Of a DNA stretch of 64,000 bases, positions 1 to 9,692 are shown piece by piece. The notes beneath the pieces are model-generated. The model was not told where the DNA came from, searched no databases, and worked only from the letters and a program-made list of their open reading frames with translations. The stretch is from Clostridia bacterium (GTDB lineage Bacteria; Bacillota; Clostridia; UMGS1883). Made by a program: the position numbers and the translations under genes. Location: the NCBI GenBank assembly GCA_017472685.1, contig JAFUOO010000022.1, positions 77,483-141,482 of the forward strand, written 5' to 3'. Positions within the stretch are counted from its first letter, which is position 1, and the number at the start of each line of letters is the position of its first letter.

Positions 1-1666
1 TTACTGCTACAGCTGTGTAGAGTTCTGTCCCGGATGCGGAGCTTGTAGTTCCTGTGCAGTTTTGTGCAGTGAATGTGGAAACTATTGCTCGGAATGTGCC
101 GATTTATGTGAGGAATGCGGAGGCTGTGACGAGTGCGTAGAGCTTTGCGAGGTCTGCGGATTGTATTGCAGTAAATGCTATTCCGAATGTCCTGTTTGCG
201 GAACTTCAATCGCTATCAGAATAGATAATGTTTCTCTGTCAGGTCTTACAATCCCCAAGGAGGGCAAGACACCCGATTTTACCCTGTCAAGTGATGAGTT
301 TAGTAAATACGCTTTGGTTGGCGGCAGCTATCAGCCCATTACCTGGTGGGAAGACGGCAGGGAAATGAGCAGTACAGACACTTTCAAGGCAGGCAAGAAC
401 TACTCTGTTGATATCTGGGTTTATGCAAAGAACGGTTATGTTTTTGCAGTTGACAAAACAGGTGTTAACTTTGAAACAAAGGTAACAGCTACAATCGACG
501 GTCAAATGGTTACTGTAAGAAAGGCTTATGAGCAGTCCCCATGGGAGGTAATTGAACTTAGTATTGACTTTGGTGAATGTAGTGATGAAGTTATTGAACA
601 CGTTATTATTAATGATGTAACAGCACCCCTTGCAGGTGAATACCCCACTTACTTTGCAACAGTAAAGGGCACAGGCTACAAGATTAATACAAATAAGAAT
701 AGCTATTATGATGCTTACTGGGTAGGTGAAAAGTGGTACTATATCAAAAACGGTATCGGCTGGTTTGATATGACCGACTTTGATTGGGTATACGAAAACG
801 AAACCTTTATCCCCGGACACGAATATCAGGTAAGAATTTACCTTGCAACCAATGACGGATACGAATTTTACTACAATCGTTATTATGAAACACAAGTTAC
901 AGGTACAGTAAACGGTAATGAGGCTATAAATCAAACCACCAGCTGGACTCCTTACGAACAGGAATTTGGATACAACTTTACTTGCAGCGAGCGTGTTATA
1001 AACCAGATTGTTATTGACGATTTGATTGTTCCCTACCAAGGCAGCCGTCCCGATTTGGAAATTACGGTTGACAAACCTAACCTTTATCAGCCCGACCCCA
1101 ATTACGGCTATGCATACTGCGGCGTAATCTGGTACGATGAGAACGGCGCGGCGTTAGGTCGCTATGAAGAATTTGAAGCAGGCAAGAAATACCGTGCAGA
1201 GGTAAAACTCGTGCCCACAAAGGTGGACGGAGTATATATGTCAACCTTCGATAGGAACATGACAGTTGTGAACGTAACACCAACAGGTAAGATGGGCGAG
1301 AACGTATCATATCCTACTGAGCTTTACGTTATGAACAGAGTTGCTTACGCATACTTTGACTACGAATGCCGTGAAAGCGAAGGTACAACAAAGTTAACCC
1401 TCAACGCAAATCCCTCAAGCGGAAGTGTAACTATAGCAGCTTCTCTTTGTACTGACATATGGCAACGTGACCCCATTGTAAGAATTGCCTTCTACGATAA
1501 GAACGATATAATGATTCATACAGAATTTGTTGAAGTGGGACAGGGCTTTGTAACAACCTTTGCACTTATTGATATACCTTCCGGTGCAGTAAGGTGTAAG
1601 GCAATGCTTCTGGACGGAAAAACAATTGAACCTTTCTATGAAGCACAGGTTGCGGAGATTGAGTGA
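1..1666 (+). CDS. 5'-truncated Cys-rich heptad-repeat (CxxCxxx) protein with a beta-rich C-terminal region; function unknown
   Basis: Frame is open from window position 2 (YCYSCVEFCPGCGACSSC...). It continues into at least 10 consecutive 7-residue units of the form C-x-[ED/K]-C-x-x-x, and the remainder is Y/T/N/V-rich. The stop is at 1664-1666. Confidence 0.5.
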   Translation, partial: YCYSCVEFCPGCGACSSCAVLCSECGNYCSECADLCEECGGCDECVELCEVCGLYCSKCYSECPVCGTSIAIRIDNVSLSGLTIPKEGKTPDFTLSSDEFSKYALVGGSYQPITWWEDGREMSSTDTFKAGKNYSVDIWVYAKNGYVFAVDKTGVNFETKVTATIDGQMVTVRKAYEQSPWEVIELSIDFGECSDEVIEHVIINDVTAPLAGEYPTYFATVKGTGYKINTNKNSYYDAYWVGEKWYYIKNGIGWFDMTDFDWVYENETFIPGHEYQVRIYLATNDGYEFYYNRYYETQVTGTVNGNEAINQTTSWTPYEQEFGYNFTCSERVINQIVIDDLIVPYQGSRPDLEITVDKPNLYQPDPNYGYAYCGVIWYDENGAALGRYEEFEAGKKYRAEVKLVPTKVDGVYMSTFDRNMTVVNVTPTGKMGENVSYPTELYVMNRVAYAYFDYECRESEGTTKLTLNANPSSGSVTIAASLCTDIWQRDPIVRIAFYDKNDIMIHTEFVEVGQGFVTTFALIDIPSGAVRCKAMLLDGKTIEPFYEAQVAEIE

Positions 1667-1909
1667 AATTTCCTATTACGACACAAATTGGTAACAAAAA
1701 GTCACATTTTTCTATTGAAATGTGTGGAAACATGAGTTATAATTAAATTGCCTTTCAGGGAGAGCAGTCATGTTCCGGAGTAACCACGGAGCATGAGTGT
1801 TTTCCCTATTTTTTTTGAATTGCAGTGCTATTTGAAAAATAGGTTGATTTTATCCTATAATTGATATATATTTAGACTTAGAAATATATGGTAAGGATGT
1901 AGGTGACAA

Positions 1910-2887
1910 ATGAATAAAGTTAATTTCTGTATTCCTTTTACCGGATATAGCTGTCACAGTTTTTTGAGCGATTTTGCAGCAGTACATACTTATATTACTG
2001 AAACAATGCTAACGGGAGAGAGCGATAAGAATTTGGGCTGGTATCAAGAAATGTATTACTTTTTATTTGGTACCTTAACAGGTTGCAACTCATTTTTGCA
2101 GAATATGGAACAAAGCCGTAATGATCCTGCTGAAGATATTGAAACTGTAGATTTTTGCATGAAATTCTGCGGATATGCTTATGATATGGTTAGGCACAAC
2201 ATGGAAAATGCTTTAATTGAGTCGATAGACAGAGGATATCCTGTCATTGCGAAAATGAAGAATGCTGAATTTGGTCCGTCACGTGTGTTGATTGGCTATG
2301 ATAAGGATAAGATTATTGTTCCTGCTTGTAGCAATGAACAAAGCCCGCCACCTACTGCTCCTATTTATGAAGAAATCGAATGTTTATATATTATTCGTGG
2401 AATTGGTCGAAAAGAACGTACATTACTGGATGGCTTTAGAAACATTGAAAAATCGTTAAAGGAAAGTATCCAATATGGTGCATGGGCTAACTCTGCAGAG
2501 GTTTTTGATTATTTTGGCAAAAATATGAAAGATACGCCCTTTGAGGAAATAAAGTCCCGATTTGAGGCGGTGAAGAATATTGCGTGGAATTTTGACCGCT
2601 GTCACAATTTTGCTGAAACTTTTCGCAAACGTATAATACCAGACTTGAGGGATATTCGTTTAGATGAATATTGTAAGCAGATAGATTATTGGTATAAACA
2701 ATCTCTTGAACAGCAGTGGCAGTTAATTGCATTGCACGACTGCCGTGATTGGAGTGAACGGCGATGGGACTGCTTGGAAGCAGGTATGTGTACTTGCGTT
2801 AACTGGACAATGGAAAGCTTGGCAAAAAACGATGAAGAGGTATTGAAGGTTGTTCAGCAAATGATTGAAGTATTAGAAGCTGATTAA
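1910..2887 (+). CDS. hypothetical protein (325 aa)
   Basis: Long ORF following an AT-rich upstream region. No family recognised from the sequence. Confidence 0.4.
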   Translation: MNKVNFCIPFTGYSCHSFLSDFAAVHTYITETMLTGESDKNLGWYQEMYYFLFGTLTGCNSFLQNMEQSRNDPAEDIETVDFCMKFCGYAYDMVRHNMENALIESIDRGYPVIAKMKNAEFGPSRVLIGYDKDKIIVPACSNEQSPPPTAPIYEEIECLYIIRGIGRKERTLLDGFRNIEKSLKESIQYGAWANSAEVFDYFGKNMKDTPFEEIKSRFEAVKNIAWNFDRCHNFAETFRKRIIPDLRDIRLDEYCKQIDYWYKQSLEQQWQLIALHDCRDWSERRWDCLEAGMCTCVNWTMESLAKNDEEVLKVVQQMIEVLEAD

Positions 2888-2927
2888 GCGGACCGTCGGG
2901 GACGCCGGTCCCTACGGTAAATATATT

Positions 2928-2958
2928 AAAAGAGACGGTTCAATGAACCGTCTCTTTT
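2928..2958. terminator. bidirectional rho-independent terminator between convergent genes
   Basis: Perfect hairpin aaaagagacggtt-caatg-aaccgtctctttt, flanked by A/T runs on both sides. Confidence 0.7.
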
Positions 2959-2969
2959 AATATATTTAC

Positions 2970-3530
2970 TTATTCATTATGAGCAGCTAAATAAGCGTTT
3001 CTGCCCTGTTCGTAGAGGTTGTTGCCTTCGCTGTCAATAATAACAACCAAGGGCATATCTTCTACGTAGAGCTTTCTGAGTGCTTCTGCACCCAAATCTT
3101 CAAATGCGATGAGTTCGGCACTCTTAATGCACTTAGCAAGGAGTGCGCCTGCACCGCCGATAGCACCAAAGTATACACCACTATGTTCCTTCATAGCTTC
3201 AACTACTTCGGGAAGACGGGCACCCTTACCAATCATGCCGCGTGCACCCACGGACATCATTGTAGGAGCGTAAGCGTCCATACGACCGCTTGTTGTAGGG
3301 CCTGCAGAGCCGATAACCTGACCGGGCTTAGCAGGAGTAGGACCTACATAGTAGATTGTAGCATCAGTAGGGTCAAATGGAAGAGGTTCGCCTTTTGCGA
3401 TAGATTCACACATTCTCTTGTGACCTGCGTCACGGGATGTGTAAATAGTACCTGTAAGAAGTACGCTGTCGCCAGCCTTAAGAGTTTTTGCAAGCTCTGC
3501 GGTTAAGGGGAGTGTAATTCTCTTTTCCAT
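2970..3530 (-). CDS. class I fumarate hydratase / Fe-S hydro-lyase, beta subunit (fumarate/tartrate family)
   Basis: 186 aa with the beta-subunit motifs GPTTSGRMD, GKGARLPEV and YFGAIGGAGALL. Its stop overlaps the start of the alpha subunit. Confidence 0.8.
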   Translation of the reverse strand: MEKRITLPLTAELAKTLKAGDSVLLTGTIYTSRDAGHKRMCESIAKGEPLPFDPTDATIYYVGPTPAKPGQVIGSAGPTTSGRMDAYAPTMMSVGARGMIGKGARLPEVVEAMKEHSGVYFGAIGGAGALLAKCIKSAELIAFEDLGAEALRKLYVEDMPLVVIIDSEGNNLYEQGRNAYLAAHNE

Positions 3531-4372
3531 TATATCACCTCCGACTTATGTCTTGTAACGTGGCAGTTGATGTTGATAGCACAGGGCATACCTGCGATAT
3601 GTGTGGGCAAAGTTTCGATATTTAAACCGATAGCTGTGCTCTTGCCGCCAAAGCCCTGAGGACCAATGCCTAATTTATTAACCTTTTCAAGCATTTCCTT
3701 TTCCAAATCTGCATAGAAGGGGTCGGGGTTGGGAACATCGATAGGACGCATAAGAGCCTTCTTAGCAAGGAGCGCCGCCTTATCAAATGTACCGCCGATG
3801 CCTACGCCGATTGTCATGGGAGGACAGGGGTTGGGACCTGCAATTTCAACTGTTTCAAGAATGAAATCCTTAATGCCCTGTAAGCCAGCTGAGGGCTTGA
3901 ACATACGGATTGCACTCATGTTTTCGCTACCGAAGCCCTTGGGACCTACAGTAACCTTAACACTTTCACCGTCAACGATTTCTGTATAAATCATTGCGGG
4001 AGTGTTGTCGCCTGTGTTACCACGGCGAACGGGGTCAGCTACAACGCTCTTTCTAAGATAGCCGTTAGCATAACCACGGCGAACACCTTCGTTGATGGCA
4101 TCTGTAAGGTTGCCGCCAACAAAATGAACGTCCTGACCGATTTCAAGAAATACGCAAGCCATACCTGTGTCCTGACAAATGGGAACACATTCTTTTTCTG
4201 CGATTTCATAGTTTGTGATAATATTGTCTAATACACCTTTTGCAATGTCCCAGTCTTCACAAGCACGGCAGGTTTTGATAGCATCCTGCACGTCCTTGGG
4301 GAGGAACTGGTTTGCTTCGATACAAAGCTTTTCAACTACATCTGTAATTGTCTGTACCTGAATTTCGCGCAT
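3530..4372 (-). CDS. class I fumarate hydratase / Fe-S hydro-lyase, alpha subunit
   Basis: 280 aa. CQDTGMACVF and GVGIGGTFDKAALLAK motifs are typical of the FumA/TtdA alpha subunit. Confidence 0.8.
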   Translation of the reverse strand: MREIQVQTITDVVEKLCIEANQFLPKDVQDAIKTCRACEDWDIAKGVLDNIITNYEIAEKECVPICQDTGMACVFLEIGQDVHFVGGNLTDAINEGVRRGYANGYLRKSVVADPVRRGNTGDNTPAMIYTEIVDGESVKVTVGPKGFGSENMSAIRMFKPSAGLQGIKDFILETVEIAGPNPCPPMTIGVGIGGTFDKAALLAKKALMRPIDVPNPDPFYADLEKEMLEKVNKLGIGPQGFGGKSTAIGLNIETLPTHIAGMPCAININCHVTRHKSEVI

Positions 4373-4428
4373 TTTAAGTCACCTCTGTAATTAGAATGAA
4401 TAATGAATGATGAATAATGAATAATTTC

Positions 4429-4459
4429 GGAAGGAACACGAGCAAACCCGTGTTCCTTT
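4429..4459 (-). terminator. hairpin terminator downstream of the flavoprotein gene (minus strand)
   Basis: gaaggaacacg-agcaaaccc-gtgttccttc with a U-rich tract on the minus-strand transcript. It lies between the frdA-like stop and the fumarase start. Confidence 0.5.
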
Positions 4460-4473
4460 CTATTCATTATATC

Positions 4474-6072
4474 TTATCTTTCATGTCTTGCGTACTTGGG
4501 CAATAAGAGGGGAGAAACCTGTTCGGATTCAAGCCCTGCAGCGGCAAGTTCGTCAGCATATGCCTTAACGTGGTCAAGGTTCATGTTGCCAAGTTCAACT
4601 TCTCTAGCCTTAGCTGCAGCTGCCTTACCTGCGTTACGACCGAATACGATAATGTCAAGAAGAGAATTACCCATGAGACGGTTTCTGCCGTGGATACCAC
4701 CAACAGCTTCACCTGCAACGAGGAGGTTGTCGATAGCCTTTGTAAAGCCGTCGCCACCAATCTCAAGACCACCGTTCTGGTAGTGGAGTGTGGGGTAAAC
4801 AAGGATGGGCTCTTTTCTCATATCGATACCGTAGTTAAGGTACATTCTGAGCATTGCAGGGATTCTCTTTTCGATTGTGCCTTCGCCGTGGAGGATTTCA
4901 ATCATGGGAGTATCGAGCCATACGCCACTTCCAAGAGGTGTTTCTACACCCTTGCCGTTAGCACATTCGCGGATAATAGCGGATGCGGAAACATCTCTAG
5001 TTTCAAGAGGATGAGCGTAAGCTTCGCCGTCTTTGTTAACAAGCATCGCACCGATGGAACGAACTTTTTCTGTAACGAGTGCACCGAAAATCTGTGCGGG
5101 GTATGCAACACCTGTGGGGTGGTACTGAATTGTATCCTGATAAAGAAGAGGAGCACCTGCACGGTAGCCGAGGATTAAGCCGTCAGCTGTTGCGCCATAG
5201 TGGTTAGAGGTGGGGAAGCCCTGGTAGTGAAGTCTGCCTGCACCACCTGTTGCGATGATAACAGTCTTTGCCTTTGCTACCATGTAATCGCCTGTTTCCA
5301 TGTTGAGGAGAACTGCACCTGCAACCTGACCCTTATCGTCCTTGATAAGTTCAACAGCGGATGTGAATTCAACAACGGGAATCTTACGGTTAATAACTTC
5401 GTCGCGGAGTGTACGCATGATTTCAGCACCGGAATAGTCCTTACAAGCATGCATTCTCTTTCTGGAAGTGCCGCCACCGTGTGTTGTAACCATTTCGCCG
5501 TCTTCGTTCTTGTCAAACATAACGCCCAGGTCATTTAACCAACGGATAGCATCGGGAGCTTCCATAACAAGTCTCTTCAAAAGCTCGGGACGAGCTGCAA
5601 AGTGACCGCCACCGAAAGCATCGATATAGTGCTGAACGGGGGAGTCGTTTGCCTTATCAGCTGCCTGGATACCGCCTTCAGCCATCATTGTGTTAGCGTC
5701 ACCAATACGGAGCTTTGTAACGATCATAACATCTGCGCCTGCTTCGTGAGCTTCGATAGCCGCACTGCTGCCTGCGCCGCCGCCACCGATAACAAGCACG
5801 TCTGTTTCGTAGTCAACCTTACTAAGGTCAACGTCAACGTCTAAAAGACGGCTGTTGGAGTGGAGAAGGTTACCGAGTTCTGTAGGAATTTTTTCGCCCT
5901 TGTTGGGACCAATTTTAATTTCAACAAAGCCTTCTGCCTTATAGTCGGGATGATATGATTTAAGAAGTTCATCCTTTTCTTCAGCAGTCATACGACGAGG
6001 TTCTGTCTTCATTCTTTCTGCTCTTGTTGCTTCTACCTTTTTGATAGATTCACGCATTGCTTCTGTAAACAT
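4474..6072 (-). CDS. fumarate reductase / succinate dehydrogenase family flavoprotein (FrdA-like); non-covalent FAD predicted; about 90-aa N-terminal extension
   Basis: GGGGAGSS dinucleotide fold, catalytic-region motif QYHPTG, and C-terminal capping domain. There is no His in the segment MMAEGGIQAA where the covalent-FAD His sits in SdhA. The first 90 residues precede the FAD-binding fold. Confidence 0.8.
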   Translation of the reverse strand: MFTEAMRESIKKVEATRAERMKTEPRRMTAEEKDELLKSYHPDYKAEGFVEIKIGPNKGEKIPTELGNLLHSNSRLLDVDVDLSKVDYETDVLVIGGGGAGSSAAIEAHEAGADVMIVTKLRIGDANTMMAEGGIQAADKANDSPVQHYIDAFGGGHFAARPELLKRLVMEAPDAIRWLNDLGVMFDKNEDGEMVTTHGGGTSRKRMHACKDYSGAEIMRTLRDEVINRKIPVVEFTSAVELIKDDKGQVAGAVLLNMETGDYMVAKAKTVIIATGGAGRLHYQGFPTSNHYGATADGLILGYRAGAPLLYQDTIQYHPTGVAYPAQIFGALVTEKVRSIGAMLVNKDGEAYAHPLETRDVSASAIIRECANGKGVETPLGSGVWLDTPMIEILHGEGTIEKRIPAMLRMYLNYGIDMRKEPILVYPTLHYQNGGLEIGGDGFTKAIDNLLVAGEAVGGIHGRNRLMGNSLLDIIVFGRNAGKAAAAKAREVELGNMNLDHVKAYADELAAAGLESEQVSPLLLPKYARHER

Positions 6073-6084
6073 ATTTATCCCTCC

Positions 6085-6759
6085 TTATTTCTCAATTTCT
6101 CTTGTGTTGTAAAGTTCTTTCATTTCAGTGATGGGCTTAGCCATAACCTGTTCGATAAGCTCATCGTACTGACCGTGGTTGATTTCATCAACTCTTACCT
6201 TAAGGTGCTCTGTTTCAGGAGCAATGTACTTACCTGTAAGGCGTCTTGCAAGAAGACCAACCATGGGATGAGTGATGCCTGCAGGACAACGAACAGAGCA
6301 GCAGCCGCAGCCTACGCAGTCGAAGGATTCTTCTGCGCACTTTTCATATTCGCCACGCTGTGCGTAAGCGATGTACTGCATAACGTTCAAGTCCTGTGTA
6401 CAAGCATTTGTACAAGCGTTACAGCCGATACAGCTGTAAATTTCGGGATAAAGCTCCATCATAATCTGCTGAGTGGGCTTAATCTCCTGAATATCATAAG
6501 TTCTCTTGTCCTGGGGATAGAAGGGGATAGTAGCGATGTACATGCCTTCCTGCACCTGTGTCTGGCACGCAAGACAAGTCTTTAATTCGTTCTGACCTTT
6601 AATACGGTAAATAGTAGCACAAGCACCGCAGAAACCGTGACGGCAGCCACAACCGCGTGTAAGTGTGTAACCTGCGTATTCCATAGCTGTCATGATTGTC
6701 AAATCGGCAGGCACCTTGTACTGTTTACCGAAGAAATATACATTAACCATGTTTTCCAT
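6085..6759 (-). CDS. Fe-S subunit of fumarate reductase/succinate dehydrogenase type (2Fe-2S plus two Cys clusters), short soluble form
   Basis: 224 aa. CGCRHGFCGAC...C resembles a plant-ferredoxin 2Fe-2S motif, and CIGCNACTNAC and CVGCGCCSVRCP are cubane motifs. It sits immediately upstream of the flavoprotein gene. No membrane-anchor genes are present. Confidence 0.7.
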   Translation of the reverse strand: MENMVNVYFFGKQYKVPADLTIMTAMEYAGYTLTRGCGCRHGFCGACATIYRIKGQNELKTCLACQTQVQEGMYIATIPFYPQDKRTYDIQEIKPTQQIMMELYPEIYSCIGCNACTNACTQDLNVMQYIAYAQRGEYEKCAEESFDCVGCGCCSVRCPAGITHPMVGLLARRLTGKYIAPETEHLKVRVDEINHGQYDELIEQVMAKPITEMKELYNTREIEK

Positions 6760-6822
6760 TTCTGAATCTTCCTTTCGTTAATTTGAATGCAAGAGGGCGA
6801 GTAATGCATGCCCTCCCTTGCC

Positions 6823-7680
6823 TTAATACTCTGCCGGGATTTCGTCGAGCTCGTCGCAGTGGAATACGGGACCGTCCTTACAAACGTACTTACTACCTAT
6901 ATTACATCTGCCGCACTTGCCAACGCCGCACTTCATACGAAGCTCAAGTGTTGTGATAATCTGCTTCTTGTCAAAGCCCATTTCCTGTAAGCCCTGAAGT
7001 ACGAACTTAATCATAATCGGAGGACCGCAGATAAGAGCAACCTTGTTTGTATCAAAGCCGATTTCCTTAAGATAGGAAGGAACAAAGCCAACGTGACCGT
7101 CCCAGCCTTCCTGTTCGCGGTCGATTGTGAGGTACACATTTACGTTGGGAGCCTTCATCCATACTTCCTGGATTTCCTTGAGCTGAACGAGGTCGTCAGC
7201 ACTTCTTGAGCCATAGAGAATGTCAACTGTGCCGTAGTTTTCACGGTTGTCTAAAACATAGTTGATAACACTACGAAGAGGAGCAAGACCGATACCACCT
7301 GCGATGAAGAGAAGGTTTTTGCCTTTAAGCTCTGTTTCAACGGGGAAGTTGTTACCGTAAGGTCCTCTTACTGTGATTTCTTCGCCTACTTCCATAGCAT
7401 GGAGATAGTCTGTAAGAACACCACACTTTTTAATGGAAAATTCCTGGAATTCCTTATTTGTGGGGGAGGAAGTAATAGAAAACATTGCTTCACCCACACC
7501 GGGAACAGACACCATAGCGCACTGACCGGGCATGTGTTCAAAGAGTTTGCTTCCGTCGGGAGCTACCACGCGGAAGGTTTTAACGTCGGGAGTTTCCTGA
7601 CGAATATCTGTTACAACGCCAACCTTAGGAATGAGTGTATCCTCATAAAAGCTGTCGTGATTGCATGTGCATTCGCTCAT
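6823..7680 (-). CDS. FAD/NAD(P)-binding oxidoreductase with C-terminal 2Fe-2S (FlxA / AsrB / HydG-like)
   Basis: 285 aa. It has a ferredoxin-NADP-reductase-like fold (GGIGLAPL) and a C-terminal CGVGKCGRC...C motif. Its stop overlaps the upstream gene. Confidence 0.7.
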   Translation of the reverse strand: MSECTCNHDSFYEDTLIPKVGVVTDIRQETPDVKTFRVVAPDGSKLFEHMPGQCAMVSVPGVGEAMFSITSSPTNKEFQEFSIKKCGVLTDYLHAMEVGEEITVRGPYGNNFPVETELKGKNLLFIAGGIGLAPLRSVINYVLDNRENYGTVDILYGSRSADDLVQLKEIQEVWMKAPNVNVYLTIDREQEGWDGHVGFVPSYLKEIGFDTNKVALICGPPIMIKFVLQGLQEMGFDKKQIITTLELRMKCGVGKCGRCNIGSKYVCKDGPVFHCDELDEIPAEY

Positions 7681-8711
7681 TATCTGTTACCTCCCTTTTC
7701 AAAAGCTTTAATAACCTTTACAATGTTTAAGCCTATGGGGCACTTGTCAACGCAACGTCCGCAGCCTACGCAGGAGTACATACCGTCGTTATTCTGAGGG
7801 AAGTATACAAGCTTGTGCATAAATCTCTGGCGATAACGCTGCATCTGGCTTGTACGGTTGTTACCATGAGCCATCATTGTAAAGTCTGAATACATACAGG
7901 AGTCCCAGCAGCGATAGCGCTGTACGCCATTACCTGTGTTGTAGTCCTTAATATCGTAGCACTGGCATGTGGGGCACACGAAGGTACATGTACCGCAAGC
8001 AAGACAGGGCTTGTAGAGTTCTTCCCAGATGGGAGAATTGAACTTGTCAAGTAATACTGCGTCCTTACCCCAGCCTTCGAGAGAAAGACTTGAATAGGGA
8101 AGACGGGAAACGATTTCCTTAATGGAAGCCTTTTGGGCTTCTACCTTTGCTTCGTCAGCATCTGTAAGAAGAGAGGCAACCTGCTTTGTGAGCTTTTCGC
8201 CCTTCTCTGTAACTGCATTCCAGTACATTTCGTCGCCAATCATATATACCACTACATCGCCTTCGGGCTGGCTAGCATCAATGCCGAAAACGTTACAGAA
8301 GCAAGCTTCCTCGGGCTGAGAGCATGCGAGAGATACGATAATGCCGTGCTCTCTTCTTGCCTTGTAGTAGGAGTCAACAGGGTCAACAAGGAAAACCTTA
8401 TCAAGCACTGCTAAACCTCTTACATCACAAGCCTTCATGCCGAATACTACAAAATCCTTATTCTGTAACTCTTCGGGAGTAATGGAAAGCTTCTTGCCAT
8501 TTCTCTTACAGGAGTATAAAGTTTCGCTCTGGGGGAAGAATGCATCTTTAGGAGACTTAACAGTTTTTAATGTGTCAAGGTCCACAAGCTGCTCTTCGTC
8601 CCATGCTGCAAAGTTAACGCTGCCGTTAATATTACAGGGAACGTAAAGTTCGTTTGCGTCCGCAATGCAGGAGAATAATGCGGACAGATTTTCTTTATTT
8701 ATCTTGTACAT
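7680..8711 (-). CDS. 4Fe-4S protein of AsrA / HydB / FlxB type
   Basis: 343 aa with CLACGTCTFVCPTC and CVGCGRCVDKCP motifs. It is paired with the AsrB-like gene. Confidence 0.65.
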   Translation of the reverse strand: MYKINKENLSALFSCIADANELYVPCNINGSVNFAAWDEEQLVDLDTLKTVKSPKDAFFPQSETLYSCKRNGKKLSITPEELQNKDFVVFGMKACDVRGLAVLDKVFLVDPVDSYYKARREHGIIVSLACSQPEEACFCNVFGIDASQPEGDVVVYMIGDEMYWNAVTEKGEKLTKQVASLLTDADEAKVEAQKASIKEIVSRLPYSSLSLEGWGKDAVLLDKFNSPIWEELYKPCLACGTCTFVCPTCQCYDIKDYNTGNGVQRYRCWDSCMYSDFTMMAHGNNRTSQMQRYRQRFMHKLVYFPQNNDGMYSCVGCGRCVDKCPIGLNIVKVIKAFEKGGNR

Positions 8712-8714
8712 ACA

Positions 8715-9692
8715 TTATCCCCTTTCTGTAACAATACTGGGCTCAACATCATCAAAAGTGAATGCTGTGAGCGGGCCTTTTGTTTCGCTATCTTCGCCTG
8801 CCTGGAACTCGCCGTAGAATGTGTCAATATCCTTGATGAACTTGCGGTTGAAAAGGTGAAGCGGAATGCCCTGAGGACAAACACGGCTGCATTCACCGCA
8901 GTCAGTACATCTGCCTGCAACATGGAAGGCACGGATAATGTGGAACATCTTTTCTTCGAAGGAGTCAACGTTTGCCTTTGTTGCTTCGTCAAACTTATTT
9001 GAGTCAAATACGCACTTACGGCAGGAGCAAGCAGGGCATACGTTACGGCATGCGTTACAACGGATACACTTACTAAGCTCCTTCTTGAAAAATTCAAACT
9101 TTTCCATGGGGCTCATTGCTTCAATTTTTTCGATTTCGGCAAAGCGTTCCGCATCCTTTGTATCACGGCTGTCGAGCATTACTTCATCACAAATCTGATG
9201 CTCTTTGCCCTTACAAACGTGGCAGCGTTCAAGCATAGCGTCGTTGTAGCTTACTTCTTTATCACCGTAAAGTGTTTTAACTGTGAGTGTTTCGCAGTCG
9301 GAGTTAATGTCGGCACCGCTAACTTCAAGGATACCCTTAACACCCATAGCCTTAATAGCCTCAATATCAAGCTTACCCTTACAGCCAACGCCGATGATGT
9401 AAGCCTTTTCGCGGTCAACTCTGTGTTCCTTTATAAGCTGGTTGAAGCTGTAGGTATCGCAGGGCTTTAAGAACACAAGTGTCTTGCCGTCCTTCTTACT
9501 TGCTTCAATCATGTACTTTGAAAGGTTTGCACCACAGAAGCCGTCATAGACAAAGTCATTGTCTAAGCTTTCTGCAGTTTCAAAATAGGAGGGTTCGGGG
9601 TTGAAGCCTAAATCGCCTTTTTTCCAACCAAGGACACGAGCAACTTCACCCGATGCCAAAAGTTCTTTTGCGCGGTCGATTAATCTTTGCAT
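8715..9692 (-). CDS. F420-hydrogenase-beta-like (FrhB/FlxC-type) Fe-S flavoprotein
   Basis: 325 aa with CIRCNACRNVCPAC and CTDCGECSRVCP motifs, and the typical Hdr-cluster context. Confidence 0.6.
   Translation of the reverse strand: MQRLIDRAKELLASGEVARVLGWKKGDLGFNPEPSYFETAESLDNDFVYDGFCGANLSKYMIEASKKDGKTLVFLKPCDTYSFNQLIKEHRVDREKAYIIGVGCKGKLDIEAIKAMGVKGILEVSGADINSDCETLTVKTLYGDKEVSYNDAMLERCHVCKGKEHQICDEVMLDSRDTKDAERFAEIEKIEAMSPMEKFEFFKKELSKCIRCNACRNVCPACSCRKCVFDSNKFDEATKANVDSFEEKMFHIIRAFHVAGRCTDCGECSRVCPQGIPLHLFNRKFIKDIDTFYGEFQAGEDSETKGPLTAFTFDDVEPSIVTERG

Noticed and set aside
4390-4425. Short tandem aatgaata repeats between the frdA stop and the fumarase start
   Set aside because: Only about 4 imperfect copies lie in an AT-rich promoter and terminator region. 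They are more likely promoter A-tracts than a functional repeat array.
4496-5844. Several 70-200-aa ORFs on the plus strand inside the frdA-like gene
   Set aside because: They run antisense to a strongly conserved flavoprotein coding sequence, have no ribosome-binding sites, and show Cys/Val-rich mirror composition typical of shadow ORFs.
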